From contig NIVC01001976.1 in NCBI GenBank assembly GCA_002269645.1, forward strand, positions 152,767-216,766: a stretch of DNA of 64,000 bases. Direction: 5' to 3'. Shown in pieces: positions 24,451 through 36,139 of this stretch (position 1 is its first letter; every line of letters begins with the position of its first letter). The notes beneath the pieces were generated by a model, which saw nothing but the letters and a program-made list of their open reading frames with translations, was not told the DNA's origin and searched no databases. The DNA is from Macrostomum lignano. Its lineage: Eukaryota. Made by a program: the position numbers and the translations under genes.

Positions 24451-26046
24451 AATTGCAATAATTCTTGGCTTAGCAAGTGCTACGTGGCAAAATGGCGAGC
24501 ACAGTAAAGAAGAGGAGAAAAAGATGGGCATCAGTTTGCTCAGGTGCAGTCCACGGCAGACCGCAGCCGGTTTGATATTTTTAAATCATCAAGAATCATC
24601 ATCCAACTATACTAATTGTCTAATCCAACTATACTAAACGTCTAAGATCTGTTTATCTGTCTGTCTGTCTGTCTGTCCATCTGAAACGCTCTAGAGATTG
24701 AACCGATTGACGAATTTTGATCGCGTTTTCGCTAAAAGATCTGGAAAGAAGAAAGTTAAAATTTCTTTAATCTGCTTCAATGCTAAAGGAATTAAATATT
24801 CGAAAAATGGTTTTAAATGGCGTTTTCAATGTATTTTTTATCAACCTGCTTGCAGCGAGAGAATTCACAGCCAATTTAAATGATTGCGCCAGAGCCAACT
24901 GATAAGAAAACTCACTGGGCCCCACTGCCGAGATAATTACTCTATTTAAATTGCGCAACCATACCAGGGGTCAAAAAAATACTCTGGATGCTGGCAGACA
25001 GCTCTTATACGTCTAAGATCTGTTTTTCTGTAACGCTCTTTTACTGGGGCTACGCTAAGCTTCTAGAGCAATGCTAATCGGTTTTAAGTGCTAATTTGCA
25101 AAGGGTATTGCTAATCTGGGTGAGCAGCGCGAATCGGGGAGAGCAGTGCTAATCTGACGCATATAATAATTAGTAATAAATATGTAAGAAGATTGCAAAT
25201 CAAATTTCAACTGCAAGTTGCAAACATTTCAAATGGTTTCAATTATTGAGAAGCATCGAGATTAGTGGCCATCTGCTCACTGATTGTGCAAAACAGTGCT
25301 GGTGAGCCATCATTGCTAAACTGCTGGTGAACCATTGCTAAACTGCAGAATATTCTGCAAAACTAAGGCCGTTCAATTCTGGGCAAGTTTGCTGAGGACA
25401 CTGAGGAGAACTGCAGATTGTCGAAAGGATCATTCAGTCTGCAGAGGGGACAAGCTGTAAACAGTTTCTCAAGACTTATGAGCGTCGTATAGCTGCAAAC
25501 TGCTGAGTGGATAACTGCGGACTGATTGGGGGGCAGACTTCTGAGGATAATAACTATATACAGAGTTTTGAGCGGATAATAACTTTTGAGGATTAATTGC
25601 CAGTTGTTGGAGGAATTACTGCGGACTGCTGAGTGAATTATTTTTGCTAGCTGAGGGGACAATTCTAGCCCTAATTTTAATGCTGAGGTATTAAATGCTT
25701 AAGTTGATAAAAGTTGTATTGACTGCAAAGTGGATAAATGGAGGCTGCTAAGAGATAACTGCAGTCTGTTTTGCGGGATTAGATGAAGGGATCATTTCAG
25801 GTTGTTGTGGTGATAACTGCCGATTTCTGAGGGTTAACTTCAAACTGCTGAACTTACTAAACCTCTTGAAATGCTAAACTTCTTAAATAGCAAATGGTTT
25901 ATTTCGACCATCTGTCAATAGGCACAATAACCGCAGTAGGCAGGTAGTAACAGGCATAGACTGAAGTTGGCGGTTCGAGTCTGCATTGGAGCAAAGAATT
26001 TATCTTTGTGACCTGTGACAATAATGATTGTCACAGGTCAGTGCTG

Positions 26047-26690
26047 AACCATTGCTAAACTGCTGGTAAACCATTGCTAAACTGCTGGTAAACAAATTGC
26101 TAAAGTGGTGATGAACCATTGCTAAACTGCTGGTGAACCATTGCTAAACTGCTGGTGAACCATTGCTAAACTGCTGGTGAACCATTGCTAAACTGCTGGT
26201 GAAGCATTGCTAAACTGCTGGTAAACCATTGCTAAACTGCTGGTGAACCATTGCTAAACTGCTGGTGAACCATTGCTAAACTGCTGGTGAACCATTGCTA
26301 AACTGGTGGTGAGCCATTGCTAAACTGGTGGTGAGCCATTGCTAAACTGCTGGTAAACCATTGCTAAACTGCTGGTGAACCATTGCTAAACTGCTGGTGA
26401 ACCATTGCTAAACTGGTGGTGAACCATTGCTAAACTGGTGGTGAGCCATTGCTAAACTGGTGGTGAGCCATTGCTAAACTGGTGGTGAACCATTGCTAAA
26501 CTGGTGGTGAACCATTGCTAAACTGCTGGTGAACCATTGCTAAACTGCTGGTGAAGCATTGCTAAACTGCTGGTAAACCATTGCTAAACTGCTGGTGAAC
26601 CATTGCTAAACTGCTGGTGAACCATTGCTAAACTGCTGGTGAACCATTGCTAACCTGCTGGTAAACAAATTGCTAAAGTGGTGATGAACC
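26047..26690. repeat. 22-bp minisatellite, ~29 copies
   Basis: CCATTGCTAAACTGCTGGTGAA; stray monomers at ~25310-25345. Confidence 0.95.
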
Positions 26691-26809
26691 ATTCCATTGT
26701 TTAAGAAAGGCTACCTTTAAAGAGAAGAAAACTCAGCGAAAAAATAGCGAAAAAAATCACCATGTTAAACATAACAGAAGCGCTCTGTCGAACATAAAAG
26801 ACTCATTGG

Positions 26810-28350
26810 GATTTGCTAAGATGTCAAGGCTCATGATAGACATTCTGAGATGTCGTGTCAAGGCTCAGGGGGAATTGCTATAATGATGTGATTCTGGGGA
26901 GAATTGCTATGATTTCAAGGTTCATTTGGGAAATCGCTGAGGTATCAAGGCTCAATAAAAATGCTTTGCTGTCAAGGATCATGGAGATAACTACAAGCAC
27001 TAAAATGCTGCGACTGTTGGAGGAATTGCCGACATTGTTAGGGAAAGAGTAAGACGTAAATCATAAATGAATTGGCTTGTCAAACATAAAAGACTCATTG
27101 GGGAGTTGCTAGAATGTCAAGGCTCATGGGGAATATCTGAATTATAATGTGGCTCAATGCTCAAGGGGAAATGTTGTGATTGCAACACATGGGGATATTT
27201 CCGATATTTTGTGGCTTAAATAGGAGTTGCTGAGATATCAAGGCTCATTATGGAATCACTGAGATTTCAGAGCTCACGGGGGATTCCTGTAATGCTGTAG
27301 GCTGTGACTCTTGGGTATTGCTGAGATGCTAAGGTTCACAGGGGAATGGCTGAAATTTCAAATGCTCCTAAAGGGAATAGCTGAAATTCACGAAATTTCA
27401 AGGTTAATTGGGTATACGCTCAGGCTCAAGGCTCACGGGGGATATTGCTATTAGTACCCGGCCCGGAAGGAACCCAGAGAAACAGAGGAACACCGAGGTT
27501 GGCGAGAACACGGAGGCGAAGCAACGGCCTCCCACAAGACTCGAATGCTTGTATATTTGGTGACGAACACGGCATTAACAGCCGAATAAAAACCGAAGAA
27601 AAAATTTTTTTTTTAAATCGACCAAGGTTAGCGAGAGCGAGAACGCAGGAGCTCCTGAGAAAACGGGGCAATAAAAACCCTCAGCAGGCGGAGGGGGGAG
27701 GGCCGCTGCACAAAGGAGGGTAGAGACACACAACGTACAACCCCCCCCCCCACGCCAACCCCGCGCACGCACAAAGGCCCAAAACCAACCCCCCCGGGGG
27801 TACTAAAGCTGGTCTGCTCAAAGGCACGCCTCAGAGCAAACCAAGGCAACATTCCAAGACTCACTTATGGGTTAGGGTTAGGGGCTTCGGGTCAGTTTTG
27901 GTTCAATCATAGAATAACCGCTCAACCATCAATTAGACTTACTAAGATGGGAATTGCTAAGATTTCAAGGCTCATGGGGGGAATCGCTGGGTTGACAAGG
28001 CTCATGAAGAAATTGCTGAGTTATCAAGGCTCATATGGGGATTGCTGAATTGGGGAGAGGGGAGTTGAGTTGTTGGGATGTCAAGGCTTACTGAGCTGGA
28101 AGAATTGAGTTGATGTCAATGATCGAGTTTAATTGCTGCGATGTCGATGCTTACTGAGGGAATTGCTGAGATTTCAAGGCTTACTGGGGTAATTGCTGAG
28201 ATTTCAAGGCTTATTGGGGGAATTACTGAGATGTCAAGGCTCGAGTTTAATTGCTGCAATGTCGATGCTTAATAAGGGAATTTCTGAGATGTCAAAGCCT
28301 ACTGGGGAAATTGTTGAGATGTCAAGGCTCATGGGGGATGGCTGAATTGT
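26810..28350. repeat. Degenerate ~27-bp tandem repeat
   Basis: Recurrent GGGAATTGCTGAGATTTCAAGGCTCAT-like units; interrupted at 27451-27945. Confidence 0.7.
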
Positions 28351-29091
28351 TGGGGAGGGGGGGTTAGGTTGTTGAGCGATTGTCAGATCGTCAAGTAGTA
28401 CGGCTCAAGTAGCTCATTTAATTCAGATAATGAAATAGTACACACAAGTGATTCTGAATTCTGCTGATAGGAAATACCAGCGTGTTTATTAAAGGTTTGA
28501 TTCTTTGAGTTAGGCTAATAAAGAGGGGGTCAAAGGCCGTCAGGGATTGACATATTGAGCTCCTGTTACGGACCAGAATATGCCCAGGCCAATGACGATA
28601 TGCTCTAAGATTTTGTGCTTGAAAGGATAAGCACTATTTGCTGATTGAAAAAGGGTTTTGGGCTGATGAAGGAAACTATTTTGCTGGTAAAAGTTTTGAT
28701 TCATAGCAATTTATTTTTTTTCAAAATGAGAAAAATTAATTTTTGATTAATGGAAATGAAAATTAATGGTTACTGTTGGGCCAAAACAAAAACCACTTGG
28801 TGTCATTTTAAAGCCCCTCAGCGGGGAGCTAAATGGCTAGTCCATCCAATATACTAAAACTAAAGTCTCAAATCTCCGGCCCAGCAAGCGAGCTTCTCCT
28901 TCAATCTGCGGAATTCACTCGCTCTTGGCTCGACTCTCTTTCTCATTGATACTTCTACCTTAAAGAGCGTTGGAAATTGATGAAGCTGCAGATGAAGATT
29001 AATTTTTAAATCAATCAAGAAATATGTGGCGCAAAAAACATTGTAAATCCTCACTGCTGTGAGAACCCTGGCTTTCCTTTCCGCATTTCAG

Positions 29092-29145
29092 AAGCCCAGA
29101 GGCCCGGCAGGCAGCCGCTCACGGCTTGGATTCGGGCCTCCATCG
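29092..29145 (+). CDS. Gene 2 exon 2: 54-nt linker exon
   Basis: CTTTCCTTTCCGCATTTCAG| ... CATCG|GTGAGT. Phase 2 to phase 2, open (SPEARQAAAHGLDSGLH); conserved at 53079-53132. Confidence 0.7.
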
Positions 29146-29271
29146 GTGAGTCTGACGGTTCGGCTTTCTGCCGCATTGCGCCTTCCAACAGGCTGGCAGC
29201 TTGGGGCAGAAATTGCAGCGAAACTCAGCAGGGTTGAGATTGGGTTGGACTGAGTGCTGCAGCAGCTGCAC

Positions 29272-29729
29272 CCAACAGGGACCGGGTGCCCCAGTCCATC
29301 GGGGGCACGGTCATGGACACTGCCTTGTCGTGGCGACCCGGCTTAATCCTGTTGTCGGCCCAAGCCGGTTGCCGGCGGCAGGAGAACCAAAGTGTCCTCC
29401 ACCCTTCGGCTGTCGACAGGGACACAGCGGCTGACTGCGTCCCTGCCGCCCTGCTGGCAGGCAGGCGCTCCGACTCGGCTGGGAGTGCGACCGACCAGGC
29501 GCCGAAGCCAGTGTCGGCCGGTCCAGCACTCGCCCCATGCGAGGCTGCGTCTGGTCCCCTGGCTGGCTCGTCTGGGATGACGTTGGCGTTGACTGGCTCC
29601 GGTGGGAGGATAACATGCCATGCTCCCGCGCTGGCAGCAACCACCCTACCGGAGTCCAGGATGATGCGCGGCTTGTCCCCTCCCTGCCCGGCGCTCGGAG
29701 GCGCTTCCTGACAGGCTATCCCCAACATC

Positions 29730-29786
<57 letters not shown>

Positions 29787-29806
29787 AACAACAACAATAA
29801 CAACAA
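29272..29806 (+). mobile_element. Retroposed (non-LTR or SINE-like) insertion with (CAA)n tail
   Basis: 13-bp TSD GCAGCAGCTGCAC (29259-29271, 29807-29819); (CAA)n tail at ~29725-29806; absent from units A and C. Confidence 0.8.
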
Positions 29807-29944
29807 GCAGCAGCTGCACTCTCAGCTCTCCTGCTTGAGATGCCAGTCTGAGTGCTGCAGCAGCTGCACTCTCAGCTCTCCTGCTTGTTCTGTCCAACTC
29901 TAAGCATTAAGCAAGTCACCCACACGCATCTCGGATCATTCCAG

Positions 29945-30309
29945 GCTCTCAGACGACTCCCAGCAAGACAGGCGCTTGAGCTTTGAGCTGCATCAACTGC
30001 TCAGCAATGCGGGATTCACCGAGCAGAGAGCAAAGCGTCAGCAGATGCTGGCTGACTGGCTGCAACATGTCGCTCAAGTCCTCACACAGGATCGCAGGCA
30101 GATGACGGGCAGCTACGCAGAGGGCTGGGCCAACAGTCTGGTGCAAGTGAACGGCAGGACAGCTGCAGACTCGGACATTGACTGGACTGTGCTGGTTGCT
30201 GGGCAAGAGTTCCATTTGGAGGGTGGCTGCTATAAATTGTATGGTTCCTGCCAAAACGCCACTCGGCTGCAGGTCACGGAGGGCCACGCTCAGGTGGCAG
30301 TGGGAGCAG
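29945..30309 (+). CDS. Gene 2 exon 3: cGLR catalytic N-lobe
   Basis: TTCCAG|G ... GCAG|GTGAGT; 365 nt = 1+363+1; MTGSYAEGW...DSDIDW. Confidence 0.87.
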
Positions 30310-31012
30310 GTGAGTGAGGCTGGGTTCATCATCAGAATGCTGAGATCCGCATGCAACTGGAAGCCCATTAACTTTGCTCAATTTTAAATTCGCAACCGAG
30401 TGGCGCCCAGCCTCCAGCAGCTTCTGTGACTGCGAATGTCGGCTTGGGTGCTGAAACAAGCGGCAGGCGAAATTGAAAAGAAAACTCTGATGCCAACTGG
30501 CTGAGCCGGGCCATTGGGTTTTGAATTCACAGGCTCCGATTGCAGCAGAGTGGGTGCAGCGGTGCTTGGGTGACTCACGGTAGGCGGCAGGGCTCTGCTG
30601 AGGTGCTGCTGCTCTCACTTGAAAAATTTCAAACAAAATAAACCGAAGCCGCCCTGACTGCCTGATTGGTGCCTTGCTGCTCGCACTGAGTCCTGATGAT
30701 GCTTGAGCAGCTGTGCTCAGCTGCAACCTGATGAAGCAAGAGCAGCTGAGGGCAAACTCAGTGGGTGCAGAGGTTTTTATTCGGCTCTTCAGAGGGCGCC
30801 AAAATTTTGTGGCGTCTCATCAAGCAGCCAAAAATCTATTGAATACCAGCTAAAGATTTAAAGGCTAACATACAATAACATATGTACAATAGCATGTGTA
30901 TATTCAGCTAGTGTATAAATACGAGGCAAATAAATCGTAAGTAGCAAACAGGTGCGCTCCCTCGCAACTGATGACACAACTTTATGTATCTATAATTTCT
31001 GTGCAAACGATT

Positions 31013-32595
31013 GCGGCGCCAGTTCCTGACCGACTTTCACGAGGGCATCGGCGGCCACTTCCAACTCCCGACGAAAATTCCCAAGGAGTCGACACTCACA
31101 GCCGGCTCAAGCGCTGGTGGTTGCTGCTGAGGGGGACCGAGCTGCGGACGCCGGCGCCACCGGAACTCCCTGCGCGACACCGCAGCACTAGCTGCCCGTG
31201 GTCGCCAGGAGTTAGCGAAATGGGCGACAACGCCTTCTCGCTGTTTCCGGACGCACGGAGCCCCCTGCAGCTAAGTCAAGTGGTTGCTGCTGCAGGAGTT
31301 CACCTTCACCTTCAAGTGCTCAAAGGGCGTCGACAAAGTGGAGGCAGGCGGCCTGTCGAGGATGCACGAGAGACGTTTTTTATCGTCAGCAACAGAGCTG
31401 CAGCCGCAGGTGTCCAACCGAGAGATACGGCAGGCGAAGCGGGCCGATCAGAAGCTCAAGCTGGTCATCGATGCACTGGAGAACGACAGCGCGACCCCGC
31501 CAAGTTGGTCCGACAGCGGACTGCGACACCTCAGCCGCATCTGGCGGAAGTTGCGGATTCAAGACGGCTTTCTCTGTCGCGCCTTTAACGATGCTGCGGG
31601 ACAGAGGGAGGTGTCCGTGATTCCTGAGTCGAAGTTCCTGACCGACTTTCACGAGGGCATCGCGGCCACTTTGGACCGGAGAAAATGGCCGACACGCTGA
31701 AGCAGACCGCGTACTGGCCTGGGCTGCAGAGCGACGCGGTGAGTTTCTGCCAGGAGTGCCAGACCTGCCAGCTGAAAAAGGCGCAGCACCGGCCAGCAGC
31801 CCCACTCGGTGAGATGCCGATCGGCAAGCCCTAGCAGACGGTGGCGATCGATGTTCTGAAGGTGCCGACATAAGACCGAGGCAACAGCTACCTGCTGGTG
31901 ATGCAGGACCAGTTCTCCAAGTTCCTGACCGCCATGCCGATGCCAGATCAGACCGCCAAGACCATCGCGGACGCTGCAGTGAAGGTCTTCTCCCTGCTCG
32001 GAGTCCCGTCTATCATCCACTCGGACCGGGGCGCGAACTTCGAGAGCGAGCTGTTCCAGGAGACGCTGCGAGCACTGGGCATCAGGAAGACGCGCAACAC
32101 GCCGTACCATCCGCAGGGAAATGGACTGGTGGAGCGCGGTAACAAGTCGCTGCTGCAGCTGCTGAGGCTTTTCGCCGAGACCGAGTCCAGCTGGGAGGAG
32201 CAGCTGTCGCTGGCGGTCCTGTCCTACAACTCCAGGGTCCACAGCTCAACCAAGGTGGCACCGCTGACGGTGATGACCGGCTACGACTCGGCGCTCCCAA
32301 CGAAGATGAGGAGCAGCATCAGCACCTACTTGGCACTACTGGGGTGGCGGCTGGCCTGGATTCGCGAATTCGTCAAGGAGAACTTGGTAGCCGCAAGACA
32401 GCAGCAGAAGGCGGCTCACGACAAGAAGGCGTTAGATCTGTTGCAGTTTCTCCAAGGCGCCGAGGTGCTGCTCAGCATTGAAATGTGGCGCTCGAAGCTG
32501 GCGCCCTATGCGCAAGCGGTTTGAAGCCCAGCCCGACTCTGACCAGCTCCGCCAGCAACCGGTGACCCACCAGGTCGTGCCGGAGCCCAGCCCAG
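31013..32595 (+). mobile_element. Degenerate gypsy RNaseH/integrase relic in intron 3 of gene 2
   Basis: LLQEFTFT...GLSR, YWPGL...CQECQTC, QDQFSKF, HSDRGANFES, YHPQGNGLVER. In-frame stops and frameshifts; no LTR seen. Confidence 0.88.
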
Positions 32596-32997
32596 GACTT
32601 TTTTTGCGTTTTCTCTTTTTATTGGGGGTAACAAAAGTACGAATAGTTACTTATCTAAACAGGTGTTAAGCGATCGAATAAATGGTCGAATGAATGACAG
32701 AGCTTTGAAACTACGCGCTTGTATTAAGTTTTCTTATCAAGTCTTTAAGTCCAATTCAATATTTTTCATGATTGCATGCCGGGTTGCTGCTTAAAAATAT
32801 GAAAATTGGGTGGAAACTTCTACCTTTTGGCCTTTTAGGTTTGAAAGGAGAGTAAATTTAATTTAACTGTCGAATCATCAGAACTGTATAGCAGCTGAGA
32901 GAAAATATTGTTGTTTTAAATGATATTTCATTGGATTCAAACCAACCCATCCTTTTCACTCGTCACAAAGCGACTCTCCGCTCACTGCGCCCTGCAG

Positions 32998-34484
32998 GCA
33001 GCCAACCTGCAGTGACAGCCACGGCGTGCGGTGTGCGGCCTGCACAGGACACGTGCTATGCCATTCGGTGCTGCAGAATTTTCTATGTGGACAGAATTAG
33101 AAAACAGACGGTAAACAGTGATGGGAAAATTCACCTCGTTCGGGCGACCAGACCGAGCTCGACCAACGAGCTCAGAGTGAGCTTCAGCTTCCAAGAGAAA
33201 CACATCATGAGACAGCTGAGCACAGTCCAGGGCCAGCTGTTCACACTCATCAAGTTCATCTTCAAGAGACACTTGCCGCTCACTCTGGACACACCTGGAC
33301 TCAAGACCTACCATGCAAAGACTCTGCTCTTCACAATGCTGGAGAAGCATGGCACAGATCCCGAAACTGAGGCTTGGCAGCCCCACAATCTGATCGCTCT
33401 GCTCAAGGAGTCTCTCGACATGATGCTGAGCTTCATCGACTCGAGCAGCTCGCCCGATGAGTGCATGCCGCACTTCTTCATGCCCGACGCTCCGCTCTAC
33501 TTCAAGAACGCTGGAATCGGCGGCGACTTCGACAACACGAAGGCGAGGGTTCGAGACCGACTTTGTGAGCTAAGAAGCGACATCGGCGGAGTGGTCGAGC
33601 AGCTGAGGAGTCTCGTGAGACCTCTGCAGTCAGAGAATTTCTACTTTCACCCGTTCACTCTGCTGCCTCTGACAGCGCCGCCTGCTGTCACGAAGATCAG
33701 GAAAGGACGTGACTATCCAGCTAGGTACTACAAGTTCGCAGACGTGTACAGTGTGGTGCACCAGTGTGTGAGCGAGCTGCAGTCGGAATCGAGCGACAGA
33801 GACACCCTGATGAGGCAGCTCAGTCTCCTTCGTGAGCTGAAGTGGTGCAAGTGCGCCGCCCTGTGCATGACCGCCATGGCGCATTTGAAGTTCAAGGACG
33901 ATAAGGAGGCTGGGAGACTCGCGATGAAGATGCGGGGACATCAAGTTGAGTCGGGGTTGAAGCCATTGGATATTCGAGATAAGGGTAGATACCAGTTTAG
34001 TGAGATAAAACTGCCGGAAGACTCAGACTGGGCGTGGAGGTTCTGCCTCCCCTGCGACTCTCCGCCTCGCTTCCCATTCCTTCCCGAGTTCACGCAGACT
34101 CTGTTCACAGCCAGACTGTCGCAGCCTCTCTCCTCCCACCTGTACGTGAACTTCCGCTGCCTGAGCTGGAGTCTCCAAGCTGAGCTGCTCCGCAATCGCG
34201 CACCTGCAATCGCATTCGATCATTGGATTGAACAGCTGCTTGGAGACCCGGACTTGGAGGAGCTGCTCACTCTGGCTCACTACAGCGACTGCCGCGAGCA
34301 CGTTGAGCTCAGCCTGCAGCAGATGGAGATGATCGAGAAAGAGAGACGCGTCGCCATGGAGACGCAGGACGAGGAGAAGATCGGCTGGGTCAGGCGGAAG
34401 CTGGAGAGACTTGATGCAGCAGCCGGAGTCCTCAAAAACGAGCCGCAAAGTCGAGGTCGGAAAAGGAAGGCTGAATCAGACTGA
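32998..34484 (+). CDS. Gene 2 exon 4: Mab-21 C-lobe plus helical tail
   Basis: CCTGCAG|GC; 1,487 nt = 2+1,485, open to TGA; same Mab-21 motifs as gene 1. Confidence 0.88.
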
Positions 34485-35187
34485 CTACCTGGTGCGGTGC
34501 TCGATGCTGACACAATTTCATGTACTCTGGGTTTTCAAATCAAACGATGAATGCCGACTTAATGAGGGATCTGCGTGTTCTGCCAATTTCTGTATACTCG
34601 TAATTTAGCAACTGAAATGCTGCTTTGGTTTGTCTGGAATATTCAGGAAATGAGCACATCGAGAGCCATCGAGTGAGAGCAGCACTCCTGCTGTGAACTG
34701 CAGTTTTGTACATTTGTGCTGCAATTCAATTCACACTGAATGCTGAATTGCTTTTTCCGTTCAAACTGCGTGTCTGCTTTGATGCGGGCTTTTCTCTGCT
34801 ATTTTGTTCTGCGGACTTCAATACCCAATTGCCAATGCTGTTTATTGAAATATTCAAGCCGCATGTACAGGCTGCAGTTTTCTGTATGAAACTGGAAAAT
34901 TCGAAGTTCGGCTGGGTCAGGGAGAAGCTGGAGAGACTTGATGCAGCAGCTTGAGTCGAACTCGGAATTTTGTAAGCTTCTCTGGCTTTTTCTCGAGCTG
35001 TTTGAGAAATTTTTCTCTACAAAATACTTTTTACTCTAAATATTCTCGATGTTTTTATGGCTTAAAATTTTGTGTCGGTGCTCATCGTTATTTTTAAAGT
35101 AACTGCTCTCAGAATCAGCTCGATCAGTCTGCAAATTGATTTTGTCATGTACTTTCCCCATGTGCTCATGTGCTTAGCAGCAACTGC

Positions 35188-35432
35188 AAGCCTGACAGCT
35201 CCCTCATGAGCATTCACTGACTGACAGCCTTACAGCTCCCTCATGAACATTCAGTGACTGACAGCCTGACAGCTCCCTCATGAACATTCAGTGACTGACA
35301 GCCTGACAGCTCCCTCATGAACATTCAGTGACTGACAGCCTGACAGCTGCCTCATGAACATTCAGTGACTGACAGCCTGACAGCTCCCTCATGAAAATTC
35401 AGTGACTGACAGCCTGACATCTCTTTTATGAA
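35188..35432. repeat. 37-bp minisatellite (unit B)
   Basis: Same unit as 9420-10000. Confidence 0.93.
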
Positions 35433-36139
35433 CATCAGCTCCGTCATGAAATTTTATTTTGTTTTTTATTTCTGTTTCATATTTGTCAGAAAGCGATATG
35501 AATGATAAAATTCCCTAATGTGTACTTCAGTACTAGAAGGTTTATATTATGTTTACCTGATTGTTACAGTTCGAAAATAAATTTGAAAATAATGGAAGAA
35601 TTCGTGAATGAAGTCTCGAAATTTTCGACTTTTGCCCATAATGCTGCCTTTAAAGTGCGGCAAAGAGTTTTTTGGTTAAGGAAACAAAATTTGATTTTTT
35701 ACGGCGGCACAACACGAGGATTGCATTGAATTCTGAATATAATATGATAATGATAAACCAAATCACAGGCAGATCCCTAAAGACAACAATAACACAAAAC
35801 ACATGGAACGCTGCGGGTCAAAAAAGGTCAGCCAGCACTTCATCAGCCAGCAGGCAGTCGACGAATCGCCTGTGGCTGCCTGCAGCGTCAACAGCAGCAC
35901 CTCCTGAACTTCCGGCTGTGGGTGGCCACTCAACGCGGATGACTCGCTCTGAAGCATCTGAAGTGCAGCAGCCAGCGCCGCATCAGGCTGCGGTTCGAGC
36001 GAGTCCGTCAGAGTCCTGCGCTCGGCGTTGCCTGAGCTGCGCCGCCCTCTGACGGTGAGGCAGGGCTTCGGACTGCAGGGCCGCCCTCACACAGCCACAG
36101 GCAGCCATCATCTGTATTGATCTTCACGGACATCAGAAA

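Larger units (their letters stand above)
24596..28840 (+). mobile_element. Non-autonomous Helitron-like element (~4.2 kb) carrying satellites; absent from unit B
   Basis: 5' TC..ATCCAACTATACTAA, (CTGT)n at ~24657-24677, and a 3' GC-rich hairpin (GCCCCTCAGCGGGGAGC) followed by CTAG|T; A^T target. The empty site is at ~52830. Confidence 0.65.

Noticed and set aside
29225-29897. Poly-Leu, poly-Gln and poly-Val ORFs
   Set aside because: Translations of the (CAA)n tail.
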